A stretch of DNA of 64,000 nucleotides from Azolla caroliniana (taxonomy: Eukaryota; Plantae; Polypodiophyta). The notes under the pieces are model-generated. The model had not been told where the DNA came from and ran no database searches. It was given only the letters and a program-made list of their open reading frames with translations. Each line of letters opens with the position of its first letter. The first letter of the stretch is position 1. The position numbers and the translations under genes are program-made. This document shows, piece after piece, positions 37,262-50,425 of the stretch. The stretch spans positions 26,846,001-26,910,000 of the forward strand of contig JBHGNT010000001.1 in NCBI GenBank assembly GCA_043228905.1, given 5' to 3'.

Positions 37262-37894
37262 CGTCAAGACTCTGTTTCGTGGTGGTTCAACTCTTGTAGC
37301 GAGCGCGCCAACACCAAGTACGACTCGATGCCACGGTAGTGATATAGGACGCCGATCGAGGCTCGAGTCCGTCTCGATCCCTTCGCTCAGAGGTGGTCGG
37401 GTGGATCAGCACCCTTCTTTCTCTCTCTCCTTTCTATCTATCTATCTATCATTATTTTCTCCTTATCATACACTTACATTAGATCATATCTCTAATAATG
37501 ATGATAGAAGGTAGAGAGAGAGAGAGAGAGAGAGAGACAAGGAGTTTATATTATAAGAGAACAAGGGTTACAAAGAGTAGGCTAAGGGGTGAAGACTGGT
37601 GTTGAACCGAATGAATTGTGATAAATGAATAGACATTTATTTATAAGTCCTTAGTCTAGAATGTTCTAAAATATTTTAGATACTTATGATATTTACGATA
37701 ATCATGGAATATTCTAGAATGTTCTATAATACTCTAAAATGTTCTAGAATACTCAAAATATCTTGTAATAAGTAATAATATAATTATTATGACTATACAT
37801 CATATATATTATTATAATGGTTAAAGGTTTAACACATACACCAAGAAGTTGTGAGTTCCAATCCTTGTAAGCCAAAGTGTATGTCTTCATGACA
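37262..37894 (-). repeat. Probable old solo LTR of the same group
   Basis: Minus-strand start TGTCATGAAGAC at 37894, tRNA-like module, TATA-like motif and (GA)n tract. Left end and TSD are not clear. Confidence 0.4.
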
Positions 37895-38860
37895 TATTCA
37901 ATAAAAAGTGCAATCAATGATACATCAAATCAATATGCTTCATGTGAGAATTGTAGGTAGAGTTCTTGATCAAATCCATTTCATTGTTACAAAATTTCAC
38001 ATAAGTTAATTGGTTTTTCTCCAATACATCTCTTTGCCAACTATAGTTGTTGTAATATACTTTGCTTCTCACAACAAAAGCATCTCTTCACAATTGCAAC
38101 TTGGACTACCGTAATATGGCTCCCCCAACAAAAGCTACCAATGTTTTGATGCGATTACCATTTGTGACTTGAACGAGCTCCTACAGAACATTTTCATCCA
38201 TTTTTTTGTTCCATTCAAAGCAAGATCATTGTACTATAGGTGTGATCAATGTAGAATAGTTACAAAAATAAAAAAGAATGGGGCATTAATTTTGGCATTA
38301 ATGGAATTGAGTCCTTCTAAACATAAAAGGAGATCATTGTAAAAGATATGGATCTAAGCATTCATGAGCCACCTATGAGCAAAGGGAATGACGATACATG
38401 TAAGGTAATGGATGGAGATGGATGGAGAATCTTCTCTTCGTCACCCTTGCACATATAATTGCCATGTATAATGTGAACGGGAGGGAAATATAACTATGCG
38501 AGTGTTCTCTTATGTATGGTGTTAAGCCACACACACCACTACATTTGAATATTAATTAAGTGATTAAATCATCATTAAGTAAGTGAGTATAAATGCCAAC
38601 TACAAGTCAACTATTAAGCATTTTGTTGCCCTATGAGGATATATGTGATACTTAAGGTACGTATCTATAAAGAGCTCACATCACTCTTCTCAATGGTAAC
38701 TTTGAGGCTAGGCATCAATGTAAGACGGATATATACTAGCCCTATCTTTCGCGTTGTAGGAAGTACCCTTGCACGATTGTGGCCTCATGAATAATTTATT
38801 TGAGAGGACTATTGTAATTCCTACAACCTTTAGGTAGTCTTACAACATTCCTATAGGGTT

Positions 38861-38992
38861 TACCTTGACAAAAGATCCTCACTATTTCAATAGGGATAAC
38901 GAGGTTTGCTTGTATTGTCATGTCATTCTAATAAACACACTACTTTGAGGTCTACCTTGACAAAAGATCCTCACTATTTCAATAGGGATAAC
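38861..38992 (+). repeat. 40-bp direct duplication
   Basis: TACCTTGACAAAAGATCCTCACTATTTCAATAGGGATAAC at 38861-38900 and 38953-38992. Confidence 0.9.
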
Positions 38993-39788
38993 AAGATTTT
39001 CTTGTACTGTCACATCATTTTAATATATATACTTGGCTTCTATCAAAGAGGACATAGACAAACTATTATTGTCTTCATAGGTCAAATATGACCTTAGTGG
39101 AGAGAGAAAAAGAGAGGAGGCTAAAAGAAATTTTGATTTAATAGTTCTCACAAGTGAGACAATTGAGGTCTATGAGCACCTTGTCCTCAAAGGGGTTGCA
39201 TGTATGTATGTCAGCTAGTTTTTATAACATCTTAGATGACTCACATTGCCATAAAATCCTCGCTATTGTAAGGACACCACGGTTTTTTATATTGGCACAT
39301 TATTTTAAAAGACATACTACTTTGGCAATAAAAAAGAAAAGAAAGGAAGAGGGCAAGAGAGAGGTAACTCTAAGGACAATGAGAAAGTACTACATCTTAT
39401 ATCCCTTTAACTTTTGGATCTTGTTACTATATCCACATACAGATTTTATGTGTGGGTAGGTGTAAAAGAAAAAACAAGCAAAGAAAGTGCAACCTTTTGA
39501 ATCAAGCAATTCAACATCATCCCTTGATTCAGAAAAGCAATGCCAATTATAGCTCTCCTAGGTGTGATAGTGAAATGGATTGAAATTCACATATGTAGTG
39601 CCTCAACGATGCAACTTATATTATCTAGTATTCTAATCAAAACACCTGAAAACTTTTGAATCATCAATGTTACTTTTGAACAAAGACATGATTTTCTATT
39701 ATACAAATGAGGCGTTGAGCACTATTGGAAGTTCCTCATTCAATTTTTTTATTTGACAAGCAAAGATACAATGGAACAAAACGGGAGT

Positions 39789-39790
<2 letters not shown>

Positions 39791-39844
<54 letters not shown>
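39791..39844. repeat. (GT)n microsatellite
   Basis: Uninterrupted GT run seen directly. Confidence 0.98.
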
Positions 39845-39847
<3 letters not shown>

Positions 39848-40580
39848 TGAGTGAATGTATGTCCTTGTGTTGAAATAACCCTTTATCTCTATGTTCTAGA
39901 TCTAATACACACGGTTTATATTGTTACATAAAAAAAACCATGATTTTCTGAACAAGCTACTCACTCTTAAGTGTAAATTTGAGGTTTGTTTTAAACAAGT
40001 TACTCATTATCCTATGTAAATTTGCATTTTTGGTAAATAAATTGTAATGTATCACTATTTTGCAATACATCTATTTCCAAATATATTGTGTAACAAGACC
40101 TATGGTCAAGCTTTTGATTTTGAAATAGCAAAACTCAACAAATATCTCCATTTGTGTCATTAGGGTTTTAAAGCATTTACATGGCATTGGTGCTCTCGTA
40201 TGTGGGCCTAACCTTGCACAATGTTCTCCAAAATAAATAAGATTGTATCTATTTCATCATGGAGATTCTATAATAATATTATAACATATGGATTGTTGAA
40301 TATATGTAGACAAACTCAAAGAATAATTTACTAGTCGTCATGATCACATGTTTTGATTGTAGATAGAAACCTCCTCTAGAGATATTTCAAATGTTTCAAA
40401 TTACACTAGCACTCTTTCCATGATTTAGTATAATTCAACGCATCGTTGGTGGGGTTTCACATATCTCAACTAGAGTCTAGGAATTTGTTGTCTTCGCCTA
40501 AGTATAAACTATGTATTGAATAGTGCATAGTTATCATTTAATCTTTCTTAATTAAATATGTGACATATTAATAAAAAAAA

Positions 40581-40700
40581 TCCAACCGTCTAGAAGAAGA
40601 GATTACGTAATTCAGTTAAACTAGTGCTTGAAATGTGTTATTCCAACCGTCTAGAAGAAGAGATTACGTAATTCAGTTAAACTAGTGCTTGAAATGTGTT
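40581..40700 (+). repeat. Tandem duplication, 61-bp period
   Basis: TCCAACCGTCTAGAAGAAGAG...GAAATGTGTT begins at 40581 and at 40642. Confidence 0.92.
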
Positions 40701-41669
40701 GGAATGTTTTTTTAAGATTTTGAAAGATTCTCAAATTTGAAGATTAGTATCACAAGGTTTGTTAAAACACATTATGATCATCAACTTCTCAAACGATAAT
40801 CCATCATATATAGAAAGCAATATATTCTATGCATCCAAATGGTGGCTATTGGGTTACACAGACACGTTTCATATGTCCCCTCCTCTCTCCTCCTCTCTCA
40901 CGTAATGACTCTTGTGCTTTCATAATTTCTCTCTCGTTGAATCTATGTCTTATTATTAGGTTAGGTGTGTAAAACTTTGTTTCATCATGCTTTGAATTGA
41001 ACAGAAATTGCATCATTCAATAAAAAATACCTTAAGTGGGATCTAAACAAGAGAAAATCAGCATACATAATATTTACGAATGGTTTAACACATTATCCTC
41101 GTTATCATGTAGATTAGTCATTGCTATCTCCTCTAGCCACATTGCCCTTCTTAAAAATCCTATTTCGATCCAAATAACCAATGGAAATCATCCCCTTACA
41201 TGCCTCACTTATGATTCGTCCTAAACATCTATGGCCCTCATATCAAGCTTGAAAATAACTTTCCACTCTAAAGACAATCCTATTGATGGAGCTTTTAGCA
41301 TTATAGGGAGCATTTATTATAGGTGCACCGTGCAAGAAATTAGGATTTGGTCTAATTAGGATTCCATGTCTTCATCGAGAAACAAAAATGTTATGATATA
41401 TCATATAACTATAAGTATAAAGGTTTTTCATGTAAAACATACTTGACAAAAAAGGATTTACTCTCAATACCAAGCTGAACTCAATTTGAAAACTAGAATA
41501 AAAGTATGGCATTTTAAAATTAGAATGACGCTCCCAATGGAAGCATCTTTCTTATTGAATGATATATTATCATTCCTTGTAAATTATATGTTCAAATCCA
41601 TAGCCCTTGTATTTCAATGACAATATCCAAAGGCCACGCAAAAAAGGCTTCATAATATTGATTTTCCAT

Positions 41670-42950
41670 TCTTCTTCTTTTTCTTTTTTCTTTTTAAAAG
41701 ATTTTCTTCAATAGTATTAAGAACAAAACGCCCGAAGGCTACAACTTGAACCTAGCTACCAAGAAGGTTACAACTTTCTTTATACAATGATATAAAATAC
41801 GAGGATGTTTACATTTGTTGATATTCAAAGAGTCCATGGAAGTCGATATTCCATCTTGAGCTACCATTGTAAACAGGGGCACCTTTTTCCATAAGTGAAG
41901 AAGCTTTTTCCTTTTCTTGTTCACAGTATCTAGGGAACCCTGCATATTGTCATACTGACCACGAATTACAGCCAGCAAATTCTCCCATAACTCAAACAAC
42001 ACATCTAAGAGATGAATGTCTACCCCATCATAAAGTTGGTTACATCGATATTTCCATAATACCCATAATGTTATTGTGGACACAGTTTTCCAAATTTGGA
42101 CAGATCGCACCTGCTTTCAAGGTTGCTGGAAGGGACTAACTAATATCAATTTTCTATTATGGATTCTCATTGCCTCATGAACATCGTTTGCCTCATACAA
42201 CATTAAACCGGAGTGTAATACTCCCCACATCGTTGATCCCCATGAGAATAAGCAACCTACATTTATTGTTAGCATACTTGTTGAGCAAAAGAACAAGACT
42301 ATAAGACATGCTTGGTAGTCTCTTGAGGTTCATGGCAAATGGCACATTGCTGCAAATTGGGTGTCACATTCCCTTTCAATGCATGACCAACTGGTAGAGC
42401 CATATGCACTAATAACCATCAAAAGAGAATAAATTTAGTTGGCCCCTTGAATGGCCATATCCATTTCCAATAGGTTCTCAAATGCAAAGTGGAAACACCC
42501 CAATTGGTCCAATGTTTCTGAGCTGTTGGTATCTTTACATTCTGAAAGAGCGGTAATGATCTTTTAAGTTTTACTGAGTACTGAAAAAAGGGACCTTTAC
42601 GATCTTTTCCCCCAAGGAGTGTGACCAAAGCCAACCCCCTGGATCCCATGTTAATCTTGCAACAGGATCTTTTCCATTCTTAACACCATTGCCTTCCTTT
42701 TGTTCAAGGGCCATTAATTGCCCATTGAGTAAGGTTACATTCTATTTATAGAGCTTTTGGAAAGCCATCAAGTGGGCTAGGGCATCAACCTTGAACAAAC
42801 CCAATGGAGAATCTCCCCCAACATTAGTCCTATTAAGACACCCATCCACCCTTGCACTGTTGTATGTGTGCCCCAAGTGCAAACTTGAAGGGTGATTCCC
42901 AATCAACATGTCTTGTATCCAATTGTTTATAGTTGATATGATCGATCTCC
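41670..42950 (-). mobile_element. 3' fragment of an L1-type LINE ORF2 (zf-RVT region)
   Basis: YWKWIWPFKGPTKFILF*WLLVH..QCAICHEPQETTKH and TLWVLWKYRCN motifs. A-rich tail on the minus strand near 41670-41700. Confidence 0.7.
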
Positions 42951-43289
42951 TCTAACAACCATCATTGATCAATTCATTAACATTATTTGTCCCTAAAAAC
43001 ATATTGTCTTAATTCAAGGTCACATGATTTTCCACATAAAGGGAGGTGCTCATGTTTTTCCTTTAGGATTCAAGATTGTAAACGAATACCCCAAGTCATA
43101 TATTCCAAACTCTAGGAAGTCATAAATAAGAGCATGTTTGATTATTGGATTTTCCATAAGCATTTCCTCATCTTGGTAATAGTCATGAATAATTTGTGGG
43201 GATGACAAAGTTGTAGTTGATGGTGTTCCAAGAAGTGCATTGTATTGTTCCTTTTGTAGGAGTTGGCAATAACTCCACTCAAACATGAA

Positions 43290-44200
43290 CCAAGTCGTTA
43301 AACCGTTTTTTAAACAATTTGGCGGTTTATTAGTTCGATTTGATTCAATTCATGCTTGAGTTTCCTTAACCGGTTTGAGCTCAATTTGAGGTAGCTCAAG
43401 CAAAACCAACCATTTTGGGCTAAATTGGTTCCCAAACTAATTAAGGCTATTCGGTTTGGCTAAACTGGCCCCTAAACCAATTTAGGGTTTAGGATTAATG
43501 ATATCCCTTTCCTTTTAAGTCTTGCTTCTATCACTCAATCCTTTAACTTCTTGGATGAGAATGCTTCACGAATAACTAGTGCCAAGTCTCTTATTTGCAT
43601 GTTTAGTGTTATGATGAGCACACCATACTTCTTTGGAAGACCTTGGAAGCACATCATTGCAAATCTTCACTTATTTTTAAAATCCTTATTGCATCCATTT
43701 GACCAGAAAAACTAGACTTGATTTGTGTGATGGATGCTGCATTGTGGCCAACTGATTCTCCAAGTTTTTATTCCAACATGCTGTTACTTTCACAATATAA
43801 AGATGTCTGGTAACATTTATTATATTCATCATAAATATCATGCACTCTAAGGTTGGATTCACACTTGTCCACCAAAATTAAGGAGTGTAATCGTGGCAAC
43901 AATTAGATGGAATTGAGCCCATGCTATTGAGTAACATGAATACCTGTCTAAGACCACCACTACTTTTTAACCATCGTTGTCTAGTGTGAATCCATCCTAA
44001 GTCTTTGAAACTTAGAATTATTTATTTGTCTTTTAACCTTTTATTTTTTGCGGTGGTAGTATTCTACCTTTTTAGATTATAATAGAATTCAGGAAATGTA
44101 AGGAACCTTTGAAACTAAGAGATACTTGTCCCATTTGGTAACCATACTGTTGAGTTTTTTAGATTCCATCCACGTATAGGTTTACTTACAATGCCATCAT
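43290..44200 (-). mobile_element. Possible highly decayed hAT transposase remnant
   Basis: Weak GW..R and H..L..W-like residues on the minus strand, plus AACCG/CGGTT-rich repeats at 43290-43490. A possible C-terminal piece lies near 38000-38300. Confidence 0.25.
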
Positions 44201-46397
44201 TAAACAATAGCCATCATCAGTTTTTATTGTTTCTTAACTATGTTTCCTTCTACTACATTATTGCACAATTTTTGCTTGGAATATTGGGATTATACATACA
44301 ACAATCAATATTCGGTATTGACTCTTCAAATTTTGGTAGTGTGATTGATCCTTGTTGAAGTTTTGTATTGTGAACCTTGTGATCTAGTTTTACTTTATTA
44401 AAGTAGGAATATATTAGTTGACCCAACCCCAATAGGTTGGTGAAGAAATACCATATTCATATATTTGATCTAGTTTAGTTTACAACAATGGTATACATTT
44501 CATGAGTTGTTTGTGTTATAGATAATCTAAAGTATTATCTCATTGACTTCATTTTCATCTTCCATCCTAGAAACCTTTTTTATGAATGTTCTGACAAAAA
44601 ATCCATAACTTTTCTCGAGAGGGATTATTTTGTTTTGACAATAAGGGGACATACAATAAATTTATAAAAGGAATATATGTTTTGGCTCAATAATAGATTG
44701 TGTACATTATAAGCCTTTAATCCAGTGAGTGACATAGGTCATTTTTGGTGTAGTTTAGAATGACTTTACTGAAGACTTAGTATTGCCGATAACAATTATT
44801 TCAATGTTATATTATAAGAACGTTGCGGAAGAGTGTGGAGATAAGCTAACATCTTTTTATGTGTCATGTGTATGTGTTTGTTCTTACGTAGAGTGTCCAC
44901 AACGAATCAATAATTCAAACAACTTATTGAAAATTATCTATTCCAGTTCTAGTGCGCATACCTTTATGACTCTGAGATCACAAATGGAAGTGGGGCTTAG
45001 TGCATCGTGTCTTATCGAAAGTTATTATTTTAAATAGGAGCCAAGGGCGGAAAAAAAGGCAATGTTCATACACATAACGAAAACTAACCTTCTCCTTTTC
45101 TTATTCATCCATGTGAATTTCAAATATTATATTATAACTTTAAATAGACGCGTTCACAACTAGGCATAGAGTATTTCAATTATATGAAAGTGATCTAGGG
45201 GAAATTCAATGCACAATCATTGCTTATGCACCCATCTCATCATAAATTCCTTGCCCCACAAATCTTAATTCTAGATAAAGTTTGAGAATGTTGCAACTAC
45301 AAAAATTATTGTGTTTAATGGTTCCATCAGACATTCAAGAACTTTTGAGTAACTTTTTGTAGGGTACGAGATTAAGTTGTTTCACATTATGTGTACAAAG
45401 ATCAGTGTGGCTTGGATGATACATATTGATGATCGAGAACTACCATAGAGTATGCATGCTATCACACATATTTCATATGACACCACAAGGTTAGCCTAGC
45501 CCTTGAGGTATGCAAGACACTAGCGTATACACTTGTAACTAAATCACAGAAACATGTTTGGGTGGACCTCATTAAACAAGTAAACATTCAAGAAATATTG
45601 TGACTTATGTATTTAGACAAAGGGGATGTTAAGATCAAGTTGAAACTAAAGCTTACCAAGGTTTAGAGGGTGGGAATATATTAGGATCAAGTTGAAAATA
45701 ACGCAAAGAAGATCAATTAAACCAGTCGGAAGGCTTCATCAGGCACAAGTTATAAGCTCAAAATCCTTTACAAGGTTCAACATCATTCCATCTTTGTCTC
45801 TAATTCTTGAAGACCTTATGACCATATCCTGAGTCCCATACTCAAAGGCCTTTGTCATCACATGGACTCTCTTGCCAAGTTGAGGCTCAACCAGAACTTC
45901 ATTGTATCTATCCTATATAGAATCTAAGCACATGTAGCATATATAACTTTAGGAAAACGCATATGAGTGCAACTTGAACAACCTAACAATGTTAGACTGA
46001 GGGAACCACAAAGAAGGCAATTGATCTTATATGTCCATAAATCTTAAGACCCTCCATGTTGCCATTAGCAACCTATGTTAAGATTGCCAACACACAAGTT
46101 GGTAGTGAACTGAATCAGGAGAAAAAAGAACTATCAGTTTACACATGGAACTCATGCATTGATTTTGTTTCAAGTGACAAGTTGCTACAGTTTTCACTAG
46201 TAGAGGTAGATGCACAAAACACGCCAATGTGTTTGGGGTGGGGACAACCTTTTAGAATCCGAGCATCCTAGTGATCGGAGCTAGCAAGCAATGGATGAAC
46301 AGATAGAACAGTGTGATGGATGGATGGCCGAGGGGTGCTTTCGGCATGATAAGAGTGAGTGTTGGGGGAGGTGAGAGGCATGAGAAGTCCCATGTAT

Positions 46398-46780
46398 GAC
46401 ACTAAAACCTTGGTACTTGCTTTCCTTTCTATATCTATCTATCTATCTATGGGGTAGACACTAAAACCTTGCTATCCTTTCTGTATCTATCGGTAAGTCA
46501 GTGAGTATATCTATCTATCTTCTATATCTGGGGAAGACACTAAACTCTTGCTTTCCCTTGTATACATATCTATCTATCTATCCAAGCATCTAGTGAGTCA
46601 GTCTATCTATCTATCTTCTATGTTTGGGGAAGACACTAAACTCTTTGCTTTCTCTTCTATACATATCTATCAATCTATCCATCCATCTATCTATCTCTGG
46701 TGAAGACACTAAAACCTTGCTTTGCCTTTACTCAAAAGTGTTCTCTCTCTCTCTCTCTCACTCACTCTCTCTCTCTCTCT
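46398..46780 (+). repeat. Five GACACTAAA(A/C)(C/T)CTT units with (TATC)n spacers, then (CT)n, upstream of the kinase
   Basis: Units at ~46398, 46458, 46536, 46632 and 46705. Confidence 0.8.
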
Positions 46781-46999
46781 CCCCTGAAAGTACTACTATA
46801 CATCTGTTCATGCTACGCTAACCCAGACAAAAGAAACTGAAATATAGTACTTTGAGCGTGCTTCCTCCTTCCTCATCTCTCCCTCATCATCATCATCATC
46901 CTCTCCATCATTAGGGCTTTCTCTCCTCTCTTCTTCTTCCTTCCTTCATTTCCTCCTCCTTAGATTCCTTTGCTTCTGTTATTCCTTTCTCCATCCCCA

Positions 47000-49393
47000 A
47001 TGGGCAATTGCCTGTGCTGGGTCTCTAGAGTGAAATCTGATCAGAGCCCCCCACCACTACAGGAAAGTGAACTCAAAGATGAAAGGAAGAGGAAGAGGAA
47101 GAAGAGGAGGAAGAAAGGAGAAGGAGAAGGAGAGAGAGAAAGAGGACCAGAGACATTAATCAAAGACATCCTTGCCTCTACCTCCTCTGAGAGCTTCCAC
47201 ATATTGAAATGGAAATTAAAGAAGAAGAAATTAGGAGGAGGTATCACAACATTAGGCAAGAAAAGCTCAAACAATGAGATTAACAGTAATAATAGCAATA
47301 GTAATAATTGCTTGGTTCCGTTGCGCTCCTTCGCATATAGCGAGCTTCGGGTAGCCACGAGGAATTTCCGTCCCGACAGCCTCCTCGGAGAAGGAGGCTT
47401 CGGGTGTGTTTTCAAAGGATGGGTGGATGAAGAACAGGGTTTCATGGCCGCCCGGCCCGGCACTGTCATTGCAGTCAAGAAACTCAACTTGGAAGGCCTT
47501 CAAGGACACAAAGAATGGCTTGTAAGGAAACTAATGCTCCTTGGGTTTTTTTATTTTTTATCTCTCATAATCAAATGCCAGGCCCCCAGTTCTAGTTATA
47601 TTCCTTGGAGTGGCCCCCTTTGGGTTTCTCTTTCTCTTTCTCTCCCTGAAACATCCCCAAATACTCTCTTTGTATACATATCTGAATGCCCCTGAAATCT
47701 TTCTCATTATCTCTCCCAAAATAGGGTTTTTGCTCATGCTAGCTTTTAACTGATTGTTTTATTATTTGTTTGTGGTCCCTAATTTCTTCCTCTTTATTTC
47801 ATTTCAGGCTGAAGTGCACTTCCTCGGTCAACTTCACCATCCGAATCTCGTTCGGTTAATCGGTTATTGTGCCGAAAATGACCATCGGCTCCTCGTGTAC
47901 GAGTTCATGCCACGCGGAAGCCTCGAGAATCATCTCTTCCGAAGTACGCACTCAAATGATTTCATTTTGTATATACATACATGCATATAGGAAGAATGGT
48001 GTCATGTTGATTCGTCACAATTGTCAATGAATCTGCAGTGGAGTAAATTTGTACAATTGAATAAAAAACTTGAACCGTTTTGTCATGCCCTACTATGCAT
48101 TTTATGTCAAAATTCTCATATATATATTCCATTTGGTTGTATAGGAGGTAGTCATGGCCAAGCTCTATCTTGGGCAATAAGGATCAAAGTTGCAGTGGGG
48201 GCAGCACGAGGTCTTGCATTTTTGCACGAGGCAGAGAAGCCCGTTATCTTCCGAGATTTCAAGACATCCAACATACTTTTGAACTCGGTTAGTTCAAATA
48301 ACTCCTATGTACCCCTGTACACAACATAATAACAGATTGTTTTATCTCTAGCAATGATTTTTTAGGTGTGGTAATAGATATAAGGACTATATATAGCTAC
48401 TTACTTCATATATGTATTCTTCACACAAATTTATATTCTTTTCACCCTTAACTGTGATTGTCTGTTTGCTTTCCTATTTGTAAGATTTTTAATGTGGCCT
48501 TTTTAGCAATTCAATGCCAAGCTATCGGACTTTGGGCTCGCAAAAGATGGACCGACGGGAGATAACACACATGTTTCAACACGGGTGATGGGCACATATG
48601 GTTATGCCGCACCGGAATATGTAGCAACAGGCATGTATCAACAATCTTTACACTCCCTTATCAATATAATATATGTGTGTATGTATCTCCTGTGACATTA
48701 TGGCCACATATTTGCATTGTTCATTGAATTTTTGTAATCTAACCTGTTGCAAACATTCTTTGTGGGCTTTGTCCTCATGATGAAGTTTGATACCAATAAT
48801 ATCATGCATTCTTAGAAATACTCGTGTGTATATACCGATATATATGCATGAACGTATAAATATGCATATGCATATATGGTTCTCAGTAAAGCAAGCTCAA
48901 AACCATTCTTTAAGTCACAACTTGTTTGAGTTGTATGTATAATAAACATGGTGGTGTATACACAGGGCATCTTACAGCGAAAAGTGATGTGTATAGCTTT
49001 GGGGTAGTTTTGCTCGAGGTACTCACGGGGCGTCGTGCTGTTGACAAAAACAAACCGATTGGTGAGCAAAACTTAGTCGAATGGGCGAAACCCTACTTGA
49101 CTGATAAAAGAAGAGTCTTTCGCATCATTGACCCGAGAATGGAGGGCCAATATTCTATGAAAGGTGCCTATCGTGCAGCCACCCTTGCTCTCAGTTGCCT
49201 AAACCAAGATGCAAAGCTAAGGCCTGCTATGAAAGAAGTGGTCGAACTCCTCGAACCTTTGCTTAGTCTTCGAGAATTAGCAAAGTACTCCCAGAGTCCC
49301 TCTTCCACTAGAGATCATTCAATTCACCCACGATATGATAATGGTAAGATTGCCATTGAACCTCAAGATGTTAATGATGAAGTCCACTGTTAG
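47000..49393 (+). CDS. Receptor-like cytoplasmic kinase VII (PBS1-like/APK1-type), 450 aa; exons 47000-47521, 47808-47943, 48145-48287, 48507-48630, 48966-49393
   Basis: MGNC acylation motif, [23 protein letters not shown]-type motif (IAVKKL), [55 protein letters not shown]. Spliced length is 1353 nt, in frame. Confidence 0.93.
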
Positions 49394-50385
49394 CATTGTC
49401 AAATTTATTTGAGGAAATCACATCAAAACGATGGCCTCAAATACGAAAGAAGAGATTTAGTTTCATTGGAACCTAGCCGGCTACCAAACTAAGCTCAACA
49501 AAATGGTTATGCAAATTCTAATGCCACCCCTTTGCCCACGACAAACCAATGACCAAGTAAAAACAACGTTATTACATCTCGTAACCACGTTGATGAAAAG
49601 CTCGTAAGAGGCATAAACATTCTTCACGTTGGGTGTACAGTCCCGTTGCATGTTGAAAAAACAGGGGATGTTGTCTGAAGTGTATATGGTAATTTATAGA
49701 ACATTATATAGGTTGACCATGTTTGCATATGAAAACTTGAATGTTGTAATTACAAACTTCCACCATTGTACTATCATTCAACATGTATTTGTTTCAATGT
49801 CAAAATATATTTGCCACATAAACAACAGTTAGAAAAATGGAGGACATCATCTACAAACATGATACAAGTCTTAATTCGTCTTTAATGTGCTACTAAACTA
49901 ATGTAGACAATCAAAATGTTTGGTCAATTGACATGGTACATCATTGCATGTTTTGCGAATTGAATTTCTAACTCTTAGAGGTTTTATATTCTCCAACTAA
50001 AGTGGATGTATCTTGTAAGTCATTGCAAGTTAAATGATTAATCAAAAATCAATCATCTAAATTTTGAGATAACACATCACTAGATGTATAGCCATGGCCA
50101 AGGATTTCAGCTTTGGAGTATTTCAATTTCTCTTACATAAGTCTATTGAAGATTTTACTTATTCAATAAATATTGGTCATATACGTCATGTCATGTCTCG
50201 TCTTGAAGAGTTGTCTGTTATGTATTGGGCCTCTCTTGACAAGAAAGATCGATTGGAATGAGGACCGAATGGTCGGATCGACTAGTCGGTCGATTTGAGG
50301 ATCGGTCGGTCAGATCGACCAGAGGTCGAAAATTGGGTCGATCGCTTAGATCGACCAAAAGGTTGATCTATGGGTCAGTCAGCTA

Positions 50386-50421
<36 letters not shown>

Positions 50422-50425
<4 letters not shown>

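Noticed and set aside
37900-46300. Short ORFs in the AT-rich interval as host genes
   Set aside because: No recognisable domains or exon chain beyond the LINE and possible hAT remnants.
46398-46725. CRISPR-like repeat-spacer pattern
   Set aside because: Eukaryotic context, degenerate repeats, spacers are related TATC microsatellite, and no cas genes.
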